Source of the DNA: Chlamydiota bacterium
GTDB lineage: Bacteria; Chlamydiota; Chlamydiia; Chlamydiales; SLFE01
DNA: 45,831 nt
Direction: 5' to 3'
Assembly: GCA_011065065.1 (NCBI GenBank)
Contig: JAAKFL010000002.1
Location: forward strand, 1-45,831
In this document: positions 18,868-27,905 of the stretch, piece by piece
How positions within the stretch are numbered: the first letter of the stretch is position 1
Layout: each line of letters begins with the position of its first letter
The notes under the pieces: model-generated
Databases searched by the model: none
Told to the model about the DNA's origin: nothing
Seen by the model: only the letters and a program-made list of their open reading frames with translations
Translations under genes and position numbers: made by a program

Positions 18868-21828
18868 CTACAACTTATACTCGTGAGGCTGAGGATAAAT
18901 GCCCCACTTAGGATCGCGACGTGACCCATCCAACCAATGCCGCCATATAGACATCGGAGCTCCCACCGTCCCAGTATCATCTAGACGCCACATTTCAAAT
19001 TCTCCACTCCCAGGGTTCACCACAAACCCAAACATTTCTGTGACCCAGTTTGTATCAGCAAAAATAACCGGCTCTGGCATGGAATACCCAAGTTTTTGCA
19101 TGGTCGTGTGAATGATTTTGGTCCAATCATGAGTATTCGAGGTTTTCTCGATCGTCATTGTTATCAATGATTTACATAAACCTCTTAGGGCTTTTGCTGA
19201 AACCACATCTTGATAATGAACGTGATCATTCACCTGTTCAAAACATTCCATAATGGTTTGGTGCATCTGATCGTCGACTTCGGGGATGGCTTTAAAAATT
19301 TCGGTGACTCGATCTTTCAGTTGATAGGATTGAAATAGAGGAAGAAGCTCGTAAAGCATCGAGTCCACAATGTCTGGTGACAGGTAATACTTTTCCACCG
19401 GAGTCAGATTATTATCATAGGCAATGGTTTTGATCACATATTCTCGAAAGTCAACTGAACTCATTCTTTTGGGAGGATATGTAAAAGCTTTTCGAAAGAA
19501 ATGGTGAAATGATTTTGGGATTTTCTCCATAAGTCGTTCTAAAAGAAAGTCGACCATGCTCCCGTCGATCGATATTCGATCGATAAATGTCTTCATGGGG
19601 GCGATCAATTGATCCCGACACCAGATATAAGTGTAATCTTTGTTCTGCCAACCTTCCTTAAAACGAGTGAACCCGGGTTTTAAGTTAAAGGCATGAGTCG
19701 GGGACACCATCAACATATTACGTTTTGGATTTACCACGTATTTTTCAGAGATTTTAGGGGAAATTTCCTTCATCACATCAATGGCAAAAACGAGCAATTC
19801 TGTCTGATTTTCCATCCAACGATCTTGGTGAGTCGGTCTCTCTTCTCGTTTAAAATAACAGGACAACAAAGTGTCCAAACTTCCTCCAGAAGTATATGCC
19901 CACGGCTTTTTTTCCACTTTGTCAAGATGTTCCAGCGGCTTTTTGGGAACCGGCGCATTTTTAGCGGCCGCCATGCGGTAAATGGCTTTTTCCAAAAATT
20001 CTTCCGTTTTCACCATTCCAACGATGGAGGTAATAATCTGCATGATATCATTTTCAAAGCCTTGAAAAGTGGGATCTGTCACAAATTCGTGCTCAGTGGA
20101 ATTAAAAAACGAAGTCAAAACTTCTACAAAGTCATGCAAGTTTTTGACCGGAGTCCACGCACTCGTTATGGCTCTTCCATATTTGTAAATGAGCTGAAAT
20201 CCCGCCGGGCTGTCGTCGTAAGGCCCTGTGGTAATGTGGTGCATGTCGGCGTCATACACCTCCTGAAAGTATTGTGGAAAAAGTTTCAGATATTTGTCGA
20301 TCATCACGTCATACAAGTTGGCAAATGATTGGGCGCGATAACTGGCTTTTCCTCGAATTTCTTCAATGGTATGAAATTCATTCACCCGACTTTGGTACTC
20401 TGACTTCAACCACCGCGCCTCGTCTTCTGAAGCTCTTCTTAATCTCCCCTCAAGATATTTGACTTGAGCATAGACCTGTTCATATTGAACTTGGAACTCT
20501 TCAACTTTGCGATTTTCATTTTCCAATTTTTGCTTAATCGTGTTCAGAATGCATTCTCCGATGCCCCCCTTATCATCAGGGCGAAGTCCCAAGCTGGTAT
20601 AAAGGTTCCATGTCGAAAAGTTCGCTTTAGTTTCAGTAAAGGTGGCTAAAGTAAATTCCCAAGACTTTAGGAGGGCATTATCCGCTAAAGCCTTGAAAGC
20701 GTTTCCAGCAATTTTGATATCTTGGAGAAATTGTGCGCATCGTTGACCTATTCCACCTTTCCCAAGACCTGTCTTGACGACATGAACCATTAAACCCCCA
20801 TGGATCATCTCGTGAGGGCGATTGAGGTATTCATTGATGTCATCAGTAGTCAATTCATGATGTTGCATAAGGATCAACTCAATGAGCTCCTCAACGGAAA
20901 TGTGAAAACGATCCCCAACATACTCTCCAAACTCAACTGCTTTGAAAATTAAGTCTTTTAACTGCTCTCTTCTCTGGGGAAGCGGAATCTCTTTGGAAAG
21001 AATTTCAACTGCTAAAAGAGCATTGATCAAACCGGGTGAATGCCAGATAGGAGTCGCTTCTTCCACATCCTTCGAAAAAGGGATCTGACGACGCAAGTCT
21101 CCCGCACCCCAACTAAAACTCAAGGGAGCTGCAAACTCTTCTCCCCCAAACGTTCTCTTAAGCCGACCCGTACTCAAAAGCTCCGACACATCATTCACAA
21201 ACTGCTCAGGCTGTTCATCATGGATAATGACTGCCGGTGCCGTAGCAAAACAAGATCCCACGCTCTGCCTCAAATAACAAAGCAATGAAGAAAGAACAGC
21301 TCTCTTCGTATGAGCTTCCGTGATCACAGTTTTGGGACTCAGTTGCAGAGTATCCCGAATGATTTGATCCGCAAATTTATTCGAATAAGGCTTATCTAAA
21401 TTTTTAATTTTGCGGCGTAAGTCCTTGTTGTTTAGGATCCGTTCCAATATGGTCAATACATGCTCATGCCGTTTAGAATCGTATTGCCGATCGTTTCCTA
21501 AGGAATAAAAATTTTCTTGAATATGACGAATTGACTCCTTCAAAGCCTCCATATCCAATTTACCTTCATCATCCACCAAGACATTAGCTAAACGTCTTGT
21601 AAAGAGAACGTTACGAACACTGCATCCAGCTTGAACGGTGGAAAGATCCAGTTGTTTTGAAAGTTCGTCGTATTCCTCAGTACAAATCTTTTCAGGAAGA
21701 GTTCCTTTTTTCGCTAATTCAGCTTTCCCGTTGCGAACGTACTGTGAAAAGACATCTGAGTTCAGCTCGTCACTTTCCAAATGAAATTTTGTCGGTAATA
21801 AATCTTGAAATTTTATCTTTCGTGCCAT
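18868..21828 (-). CDS. large conserved-looking hypothetical protein (~986 aa) with papain-like motif order
   Basis: Long uninterrupted ORF. I placed the start at the ATG at 21828, which is preceded by AGGAG; the track starts 4 codons earlier at 21840. It contains RQSVGSCFATAP, SPTHAFN and FADTNW, plus a central coiled-coil-like segment. Confidence 0.6.
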   Translation of the reverse strand: MARKIKFQDLLPTKFHLESDELNSDVFSQYVRNGKAELAKKGTLPEKICTEEYDELSKQLDLSTVQAGCSVRNVLFTRRLANVLVDDEGKLDMEALKESIRHIQENFYSLGNDRQYDSKRHEHVLTILERILNNKDLRRKIKNLDKPYSNKFADQIIRDTLQLSPKTVITEAHTKRAVLSSLLCYLRQSVGSCFATAPAVIIHDEQPEQFVNDVSELLSTGRLKRTFGGEEFAAPLSFSWGAGDLRRQIPFSKDVEEATPIWHSPGLINALLAVEILSKEIPLPQRREQLKDLIFKAVEFGEYVGDRFHISVEELIELILMQHHELTTDDINEYLNRPHEMIHGGLMVHVVKTGLGKGGIGQRCAQFLQDIKIAGNAFKALADNALLKSWEFTLATFTETKANFSTWNLYTSLGLRPDDKGGIGECILNTIKQKLENENRKVEEFQVQYEQVYAQVKYLEGRLRRASEDEARWLKSEYQSRVNEFHTIEEIRGKASYRAQSFANLYDVMIDKYLKLFPQYFQEVYDADMHHITTGPYDDSPAGFQLIYKYGRAITSAWTPVKNLHDFVEVLTSFFNSTEHEFVTDPTFQGFENDIMQIITSIVGMVKTEEFLEKAIYRMAAAKNAPVPKKPLEHLDKVEKKPWAYTSGGSLDTLLSCYFKREERPTHQDRWMENQTELLVFAIDVMKEISPKISEKYVVNPKRNMLMVSPTHAFNLKPGFTRFKEGWQNKDYTYIWCRDQLIAPMKTFIDRISIDGSMVDFLLERLMEKIPKSFHHFFRKAFTYPPKRMSSVDFREYVIKTIAYDNNLTPVEKYYLSPDIVDSMLYELLPLFQSYQLKDRVTEIFKAIPEVDDQMHQTIMECFEQVNDHVHYQDVVSAKALRGLCKSLITMTIEKTSNTHDWTKIIHTTMQKLGYSMPEPVIFADTNWVTEMFGFVVNPGSGEFEMWRLDDTGTVGAPMSIWRHWLDGSRRDPKWGIYPQPHEYKL

Positions 21829-21901
21829 TTTTCTCCTCATTCAACTCTTAATGTACCTATTTTCACCATTCATTTTCCATAAAAAATTGAGCTCGTTCCC
21901 A

Positions 21902-21990
21902 GGCTCGACTTTAGGTTTTTTTTGGTTTTAATTTCACTAATCTATTGCCCTTCAGTGACTTAAAATCAAAAAAAATCCGCAAGTCGAGCC
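21902..21990. repeat. imperfect ~29-nt inverted repeat in the divergent intergenic region
   Basis: The sequence ggctcgactttaggttttttttggtttta pairs with taaaatcaaaaaaaatccgcaagtcgagcc. The outer 10 bp are perfect (21902-21911 and 21981-21990). Confidence 0.4.
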
Positions 21991-22076
21991 AAGGCCCACA
22001 CGGCATTTAAATCGAGTAGAGCGTTTGGCATGGGATTTGCATGATCAATATCAGATTTGTAACGTAGGAGAGACCT

Positions 22077-22727
22077 ATGGAAAACAAAAAGACATATTCA
22101 CCTTATGAAAGAAATAATCATCAAAAAAACAGTGAATCTTTAGATAAAAAAGATAATTTACACAAAGTAAATTTACAATCAGTCATTAATGGAATGAAGC
22201 CAGGTGATTGGAAAGATGAAAATTTTCTTAAAAGCCACGAGCAGCTGTTAAATCACGTAAAAAAACTCGATTTAACACATATTGAAATTTCAGCAGATTT
22301 TCTTACATTATTGGGTGAAAACTGCCCAGAACTCAAATATTTAAAACTTCCCCCCAAATACACTGATGATGAGTTACTCAAACACCTTCCCAAAGGATTA
22401 ACCGAACTGAATTTGCATAGCTGCAAAAATATCACTGACATAGGGCTTGCGTACATAAGAGATCTAAAAGATCTGACTTCCCTTGATTTGCTGTGCTGCT
22501 TTAAAATCACAGATGCTGGGCTTGCCAACCTTGAAAATTTAACTGGATTAACCTCGCTTGATTTGTCTGGCTGCAACGGAATCTCAGATTTAGGTCTTGT
22601 GCACCTACAAGAACTAACTGAATTGACAGAACTGAATTTGTTTGGCTGTAAAAGAATCACCCGAAGAGGGCTTATTTACCTGGAAAAATTGGAAAGATTA
22701 ACCTCTCTTAACTTGTTTCGTTGCTAA
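22077..22727 (+). CDS. leucine-rich repeat protein, cysteine-containing (FBXL/AMN1-type) LRRs; eukaryote-like
   Basis: 216 aa with at least five ~25-aa repeats of the form LTxLxLxxCxxITDxGLxxLxxL (for example LTSLDLSGCNGISDLGLVHLQELTE). A good SD (AGGAG) precedes the ATG. Confidence 0.75.
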   Translation: MENKKTYSPYERNNHQKNSESLDKKDNLHKVNLQSVINGMKPGDWKDENFLKSHEQLLNHVKKLDLTHIEISADFLTLLGENCPELKYLKLPPKYTDDELLKHLPKGLTELNLHSCKNITDIGLAYIRDLKDLTSLDLLCCFKITDAGLANLENLTGLTSLDLSGCNGISDLGLVHLQELTELTELNLFGCKRITRRGLIYLEKLERLTSLNLFRC

Positions 22728-22870
22728 GAGGGTGTCTCAATAGATGCTTAGTTTATAACTAAGCCCCGCCTTAATTTTTCATGGATATTTGAATGAAAAT
22801 CAGTTAAAATCACTTTATGATTCATTTTTTTAAAAATTGTATTTAACTCAAATTTTTGGATAAACCACCT

Positions 22871-24793
22871 ATGCACATTAAGTTAAAAGATGGTTCTACA
22901 CTCGAAATGCCCAAAGGCAGCAGTGCTAAGGACCTTGCCGAAAAACTGAATTTAAAACAACCTCATCAAGCCCTAGCAGCGAATATCAACGGAAAAGATG
23001 TCGATTTGTCTTCTCCCTTAAAAGACGGTGATCAAGTGATTCTTTGGGAATTTAACGATCCTGAGGGTAAAGAAATTTTTTGGCACACTTCTGCGCACGT
23101 ACTAGCACAAGCTGTGTTGCGACTCTATCCCAACGCAAAACCGACAATTGGGCCTCCAATTGACGGAGGATTCTACTATGATTTTGCCAATCTCCATGTC
23201 ACTGACGAAGATCTTGATGCGATTGAAAAAGAAATGAAAAAAGTTGTCTCCGAAAACCACCAGTCAATTCGAGAAGATTTTTCATCAAAAGAACAAGCAC
23301 TCCAAAGTTTTCAAGATAATCCCTATAAAGTTGAGCTCATTGAAAGTTTCGAGCCCGATGAACCATTATCCGGATACCGACAAGGCGAATTCTTTGACCT
23401 TTGCCGTGGACCACACCTTCACAACCTAGGAAAAATTAAAGCGCTTAAAATCATGAAAACCTCCGGAGCCTATTGGAGAGGAGATTCGAAAAATGAAATG
23501 CTGACACGGATCTATGCCGTCACATTTCCCGATAGAAAACAACTGAAAGAGCACCTGCACCTTCTTGAAGAAGCGAAAAAACGAGATCACAAAATCCTGG
23601 GCCCCAAATTGGGACTTTTTTCGCTCAGAGAAGAAGCGCCCGGCATGCCTTTTATCCATCCCCATGGGATGATCATTTGGAATCAATTGCTAGATTTTCT
23701 TCGAGAAAGGTTGCAACTCGATGATTATCAAGAGATTAAAACACCGATTCTGCTAGCACAAGAGTTATGGGAAAGATCGGGCCACTGGGACTACTACCGT
23801 GAGCACATGTTCACCACAGAAACTGAAGAACGCCACTATGTGATCAAGCCCATGAATTGCCCAGGTTGTATGCTCTATTACAAAATGCACGTTCACAGTT
23901 ATCGTGAACTTCCACTTCGCATCGGCGAAATAGGAAATGTTCATCGATTCGAACCTTCAGGAGCTATCTCAGGGCTATTTCGATGCCGCAGCTTCCATCA
24001 GGATGATGCCCATGTATTCATGAAACCCGATGATATCAAACAAGAAATCATCAATATTTTAGAATTTGCCGATCACCTTTACAAAACATTTGATCTTCAA
24101 TACCATATGGAACTTTCAACACGACCGGAAAAAAACACCATTGGAAGTGATGATGAATGGGAACTCGCCACAAATGGTCTGAAAGATGCGCTCGACGCTT
24201 GGGGTCACGAATACCGAATTAACGAGGGAGATGGGGCATTTTACGGTCCCAAAATTGACTTTCATATCCGCGACGCTCTGAACAGAACCTGGCAGTGCGG
24301 AACTGTGCAATTGGATATGGCCCTTCCACGTCGATTCGATCTCGAATACACAGCGGATGACGGCTCTCGACAACGCCCTATCATGCTCCACAGAGCCATC
24401 TTCGGATCCATCGAACGATTCTTTGGTATCCTCATTGAACACTTCGGGGGACGATTCCCGCTTTGGATGAGCCCACGTCAAGTCAGACTCATCTGCGTAG
24501 CAGATCGTCATGCAGATTATGCGAACCAATTGTGCCAAGACATCACAAAAGCCGGATTTAATTGCGATGTGGATCATACTCATGAATCCGTCAGTAAAAA
24601 AGTTCGCAACGCACAAATCGAGCAGGTCAACTACATTTTAACCATTGGGGATAAAGAGGTTGAGAATCAAACACTTAACCTCAGAACACGCAATAATGTG
24701 GTTCATGGTGAGGTCAAACTGAAACCTTTTCTTGAAAAAATCACCAAAGAAAGCGAGAATCGAGCTCTTGAGTCACCATATGCTGAACAATAA
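22871..24793 (+). CDS. thrS: threonine--tRNA ligase
   Basis: N-terminal TGS domain (MHIKLKDGSTLEMPKGSSAKDLAEKL), WHTSAHVLAQAV, the class II core with QCGTVQLDM and LHRAIFGSIERF, and a C-terminal anticodon-binding domain. The ATG at 22871 is preferred over the TTG at 22856. Confidence 0.9.
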   Translation: MHIKLKDGSTLEMPKGSSAKDLAEKLNLKQPHQALAANINGKDVDLSSPLKDGDQVILWEFNDPEGKEIFWHTSAHVLAQAVLRLYPNAKPTIGPPIDGGFYYDFANLHVTDEDLDAIEKEMKKVVSENHQSIREDFSSKEQALQSFQDNPYKVELIESFEPDEPLSGYRQGEFFDLCRGPHLHNLGKIKALKIMKTSGAYWRGDSKNEMLTRIYAVTFPDRKQLKEHLHLLEEAKKRDHKILGPKLGLFSLREEAPGMPFIHPHGMIIWNQLLDFLRERLQLDDYQEIKTPILLAQELWERSGHWDYYREHMFTTETEERHYVIKPMNCPGCMLYYKMHVHSYRELPLRIGEIGNVHRFEPSGAISGLFRCRSFHQDDAHVFMKPDDIKQEIINILEFADHLYKTFDLQYHMELSTRPEKNTIGSDDEWELATNGLKDALDAWGHEYRINEGDGAFYGPKIDFHIRDALNRTWQCGTVQLDMALPRRFDLEYTADDGSRQRPIMLHRAIFGSIERFFGILIEHFGGRFPLWMSPRQVRLICVADRHADYANQLCQDITKAGFNCDVDHTHESVSKKVRNAQIEQVNYILTIGDKEVENQTLNLRTRNNVVHGEVKLKPFLEKITKESENRALESPYAEQ

Positions 24794-24807
24794 GAAATGG
24801 AGTATGC

Positions 24808-25563
24808 ATGTCAAAAATCATTGCGATCAGCAGCTTTAAAGGAGGCACCGCCAAAACCTCAACAGCACTACACGTCGCCAGCGCCCTGACCCTTTTTCAT
24901 AAGAAAAAGGTTCTCCTTGTCGACTTCGATTCCCAAGCTAACCTCACCACAGGACTTGGTTTCGACCCCGATGAACAAGAAAGCGCCGCACCTGTTTTAC
25001 AGGGAAACGTACCTGTCGAAGACGTCATTAAAAAAACCGGAGTCGAGCAGCTCGATTTAATCCCAGGCGATACATGGTTAGAACGGGTAGAAGTCACCGG
25101 AAACCTCGCAGCTGATCGTTATTCACACGAACGTCTGCACGATGTCATTTCTCAGCTAGATTATGACATCATCATAATCGATACACCACCCTCACTCTGC
25201 TGGCTCACCGAATCCGCACTCATCGCCGCTGACCAAACCCTTGTGTGTGCTACCCCAGAATTCTATAGCATTAAAGGACTTGAAAGACTCGGTCAATTCA
25301 TTGAACAAATTGGACAACGACACCCCCTTGGGACGCTCGGAGTCGTCATGTCTTTCTGGAATGCACGAGGAAAAAGCAACGAAACCTTCTTAGACGTCAT
25401 TGATGATACCTTTCCGGACAAAGCTTTTGATGCAAAAATCCGACGAGACATCTGCGTCTCTGAAGCTGCCGTTTACGGACAACCCGTCTTCAACGCTCAT
25501 CCAAAATCCCGTGCAGCCGAAGACTACAAAGCCTTAACGAAAGAAATATTAAAAAAATTGTAA
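24808..25563 (+). CDS. ParA/Soj/MinD-family partition ATPase (pGP5-D-like)
   Basis: 251 aa with the deviant Walker A SSFKGGTAKTST and Walker B IIIIDTPP. Confidence 0.85.
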   Translation: MSKIIAISSFKGGTAKTSTALHVASALTLFHKKKVLLVDFDSQANLTTGLGFDPDEQESAAPVLQGNVPVEDVIKKTGVEQLDLIPGDTWLERVEVTGNLAADRYSHERLHDVISQLDYDIIIIDTPPSLCWLTESALIAADQTLVCATPEFYSIKGLERLGQFIEQIGQRHPLGTLGVVMSFWNARGKSNETFLDVIDDTFPDKAFDAKIRRDICVSEAAVYGQPVFNAHPKSRAAEDYKALTKEILKKL

Positions 25564-25589
25564 AGCCGTTTTACATTGGAGTCAAAAAC

Positions 25590-26330
25590 ATGAGTCAAGT
25601 GAATGCATTACTTTCAGAACGATTAAACAAAAATAAAAAACAAAAATCATCAAAAACTGCGGCTTTAGCCAAGCGTTCAGCGAGTGGAAATCTTTCGGGA
25701 TTTGCGGGTGTTTTCAGTATGAGCGAGTTAAGTCCTCATGAAAAGGAGCTTTTGGAGAATATTCTGCATGAGTATGCCTATGAAAATGAGGATGTGACGG
25801 AAGATCTTTCTACGTTGATTTCAATCACATCGGAAGTGAAGGCAATTAACAATCAGGCGGCTTTATTGCATGGAGAAAGAATTAAGCGGGCTCAAAAAAT
25901 TCTGAAAGAGTACCGTGATGGTGCGTTTACTACTTGGTTGATTGCCACGTATGGGAATCGTCAGACTCCGTATAACTTTCTTCAGTATTATGAATTTTAT
26001 GAGTCCTTATCGACTCCGTTGAAGCAGCAAATTGAATCAATGCCACGACAGGCAATCTATACGTTAGCGAGTCGAGAAGGAGATCTTAATGCCAAGCATG
26101 AGATTGTGCAGCAGTATCAAGGGGAATCTAAGAATGAGCTCCTTAAGATTATTCGCGATACATTTCCTCTTTCTGATCAAGACCAACGTCGTCGGAAGCA
26201 AGGTGAGGTAGCCATTCAGCTTTTAAAGCGGGTGCTCTCGCTGTTATCGGAGAAAAAAGCGCGTATGACTAAAAGGCAAAGAGAAACGATTCAAGATTAC
26301 TTAGAAACTATAGACGAGTTAGTGGAATGA
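25590..26330 (+). CDS. virulence-plasmid protein pGP6-D-related protein (chromosomal paralog)
   Basis: 246 aa. The segments EVKAINNQAALLHGERIKRAQKIL and TTWLIATYGNRQTPYNFLQYYEFYESL...MPRQAIYTLASREGDLNAK match my recollection of chlamydial pGP6-D (...YNALAYYELF...IPYKSAYILAARKGDLKTK). It lies directly after the ParA-like gene. Confidence 0.7.
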   Translation: MSQVNALLSERLNKNKKQKSSKTAALAKRSASGNLSGFAGVFSMSELSPHEKELLENILHEYAYENEDVTEDLSTLISITSEVKAINNQAALLHGERIKRAQKILKEYRDGAFTTWLIATYGNRQTPYNFLQYYEFYESLSTPLKQQIESMPRQAIYTLASREGDLNAKHEIVQQYQGESKNELLKIIRDTFPLSDQDQRRRKQGEVAIQLLKRVLSLLSEKKARMTKRQRETIQDYLETIDELVE

Positions 26331-27712
26331 ATTCATATGTGAGCCCTCTTTCAGACCGATATGCTAGTGTTGAAATGAGAAAGATATTTTCTCCGCACTT
26401 CAAATATTCGACATGGCGAAAGCTTTGGGTAGCTTTAGCGGAGGCGGAGCAAGAACTTGGTCTACCCATAACAGATGAACAAATCCAGCAGCTGTGCGAA
26501 CAGGTTGATAACATTGATTTTGAAGCTGTTGAGAAGTACGAGTCTGAACTTCATCACGACGTGATGGCGCACATCAAAGCTTATGGGGATCTTTGCCCTC
26601 TCGCCGCACCCATCATTCATTTAGGATCGACTTCCTGTTATGTCACAGACAACACGGACTTAATTCAGATTCGTGAAGCGTACCGTCTGATTTTCCCGAA
26701 ACTTTTGAATATTATAGATCAACTAGCACAATTTGCCGATCGTTTTGCAGAGCTTCCCTGTCTTGGCTTTACCCATTTTCAACCAGCTCAACTCACGACA
26801 GTCGGAAAACGAGCTTGTATGTGGTTACAAGACCTTGTTGTCGACTTTCACGAAATGACTCACGCGGCATCACAATTAAAATTTTTGGGAGCCAAAGGGG
26901 CAACAGGAACCCAAGCTTCTTTTTACGCTTTATTTGATAATGATGTGGAAAAATTGGACCAACTTGATCATTTAATTGCCAAAAAAATGGAATTTGAAAA
27001 CCTACTCACAATAGCGGGACAGACCTATTCACGAAAGCAGGATATTCTGGCTCTATCACCATTAAGCAGTTTTGCATCCAGCGTCCACAAGTTTGCAACC
27101 GATATACGCCTCTTATCGCATTTAAAAGAGATTCAGGAGGGTTTTGGAGCGAAACAGGTTGGTTCTTCCGCGATGCCTTATAAACGCAATCCAATGCTTT
27201 CTGAAAGGCTTTGTGCGCTCTCTCGCTTTATTATTGCATCCGCAGAAAACACATACTACACATGCGCGACACAATGGTTAGAAAGAACTTTAGATGATTC
27301 AGCCAATCGTCGCCTTGTCATTCCTGAAATCTTTTTGACCACTGATGCGCTGCTGAATATTCTGCAGAAAGTGATTAGTTCCCTGACTGTAAATCCAGAG
27401 ATTATTGCCCGTCGAGTCAAAGATGAGCTGCCATTCATTGCGACGGAAAATATCATGATGGAGGCGGTCAAGAATGGGGGTAACCGGCAGAAAATGCACG
27501 AGCGGCTTCGTCAACATAGTATAGCGGTTACGAATGAAGGAAAACAGGATGAATTGCTACAAAGGTTAAGTGAAGATCCTGAATTTAATCTTCAGGATCC
27601 TGAAGCTTATACTGATCCCAGTCATTATATCGGAGCTTCATCTTATCAGGTGAAACGATTTCTTAAGGAAGAAGTGGATCCAATTCTTAAAACCCAATCC
27701 CTTACAATTTAA
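26327..27712 (+). CDS. purB: adenylosuccinate lyase
   Basis: 461 aa with the fumarate-lyase signature GSSAMPYKRNP and an N-terminus (SPLSDRYAS.EM..IFS) typical of PurB. ATGA overlap with the upstream gene. Confidence 0.88.
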   Translation: MNSYVSPLSDRYASVEMRKIFSPHFKYSTWRKLWVALAEAEQELGLPITDEQIQQLCEQVDNIDFEAVEKYESELHHDVMAHIKAYGDLCPLAAPIIHLGSTSCYVTDNTDLIQIREAYRLIFPKLLNIIDQLAQFADRFAELPCLGFTHFQPAQLTTVGKRACMWLQDLVVDFHEMTHAASQLKFLGAKGATGTQASFYALFDNDVEKLDQLDHLIAKKMEFENLLTIAGQTYSRKQDILALSPLSSFASSVHKFATDIRLLSHLKEIQEGFGAKQVGSSAMPYKRNPMLSERLCALSRFIIASAENTYYTCATQWLERTLDDSANRRLVIPEIFLTTDALLNILQKVISSLTVNPEIIARRVKDELPFIATENIMMEAVKNGGNRQKMHERLRQHSIAVTNEGKQDELLQRLSEDPEFNLQDPEAYTDPSHYIGASSYQVKRFLKEEVDPILKTQSLTI

Positions 27713-27729
27713 CACATCTTTTTTACAAG

Positions 27730-27905
27730 TCGGATATAAAAAATCACCACAGAGATCACAGAGCACACAGAGTTAAGAAATTTAATAAGAAGAATTTTAC
27801 ACCATAATTTTTTCGTGAATTTTCCATGATAAATGTAAATACTTGACAAACTAAATTACTAACTCTGTGTGCTCTGTGATCTCTGTGGTGATTTTTTATA
27901 TCCGA
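27730..27905. mobile_element. MITE-like element or long palindrome B: perfect 46-bp inverted arms around an 84-nt spacer
   Basis: The arm 27730-27775 (tcggatataaaaaatcaccacagagatcacagagcacacagagtta) is the exact reverse complement of 27860-27905. The arms contain three tandem 9-mers ending in CACAGAG. No coding capacity. Confidence 0.7.

Noticed and set aside
22253-22660. 135-aa - strand ORF inside the LRR gene, together with similar internal antisense or alternate-frame ORFs at 4013-4465, 13095-13523, 19693-20328, 24116-24616 and 34662-35066
   Set aside because: All lie within longer ORFs that have recognisable domains. They have no RBS or motif support and are typical shadow ORFs.
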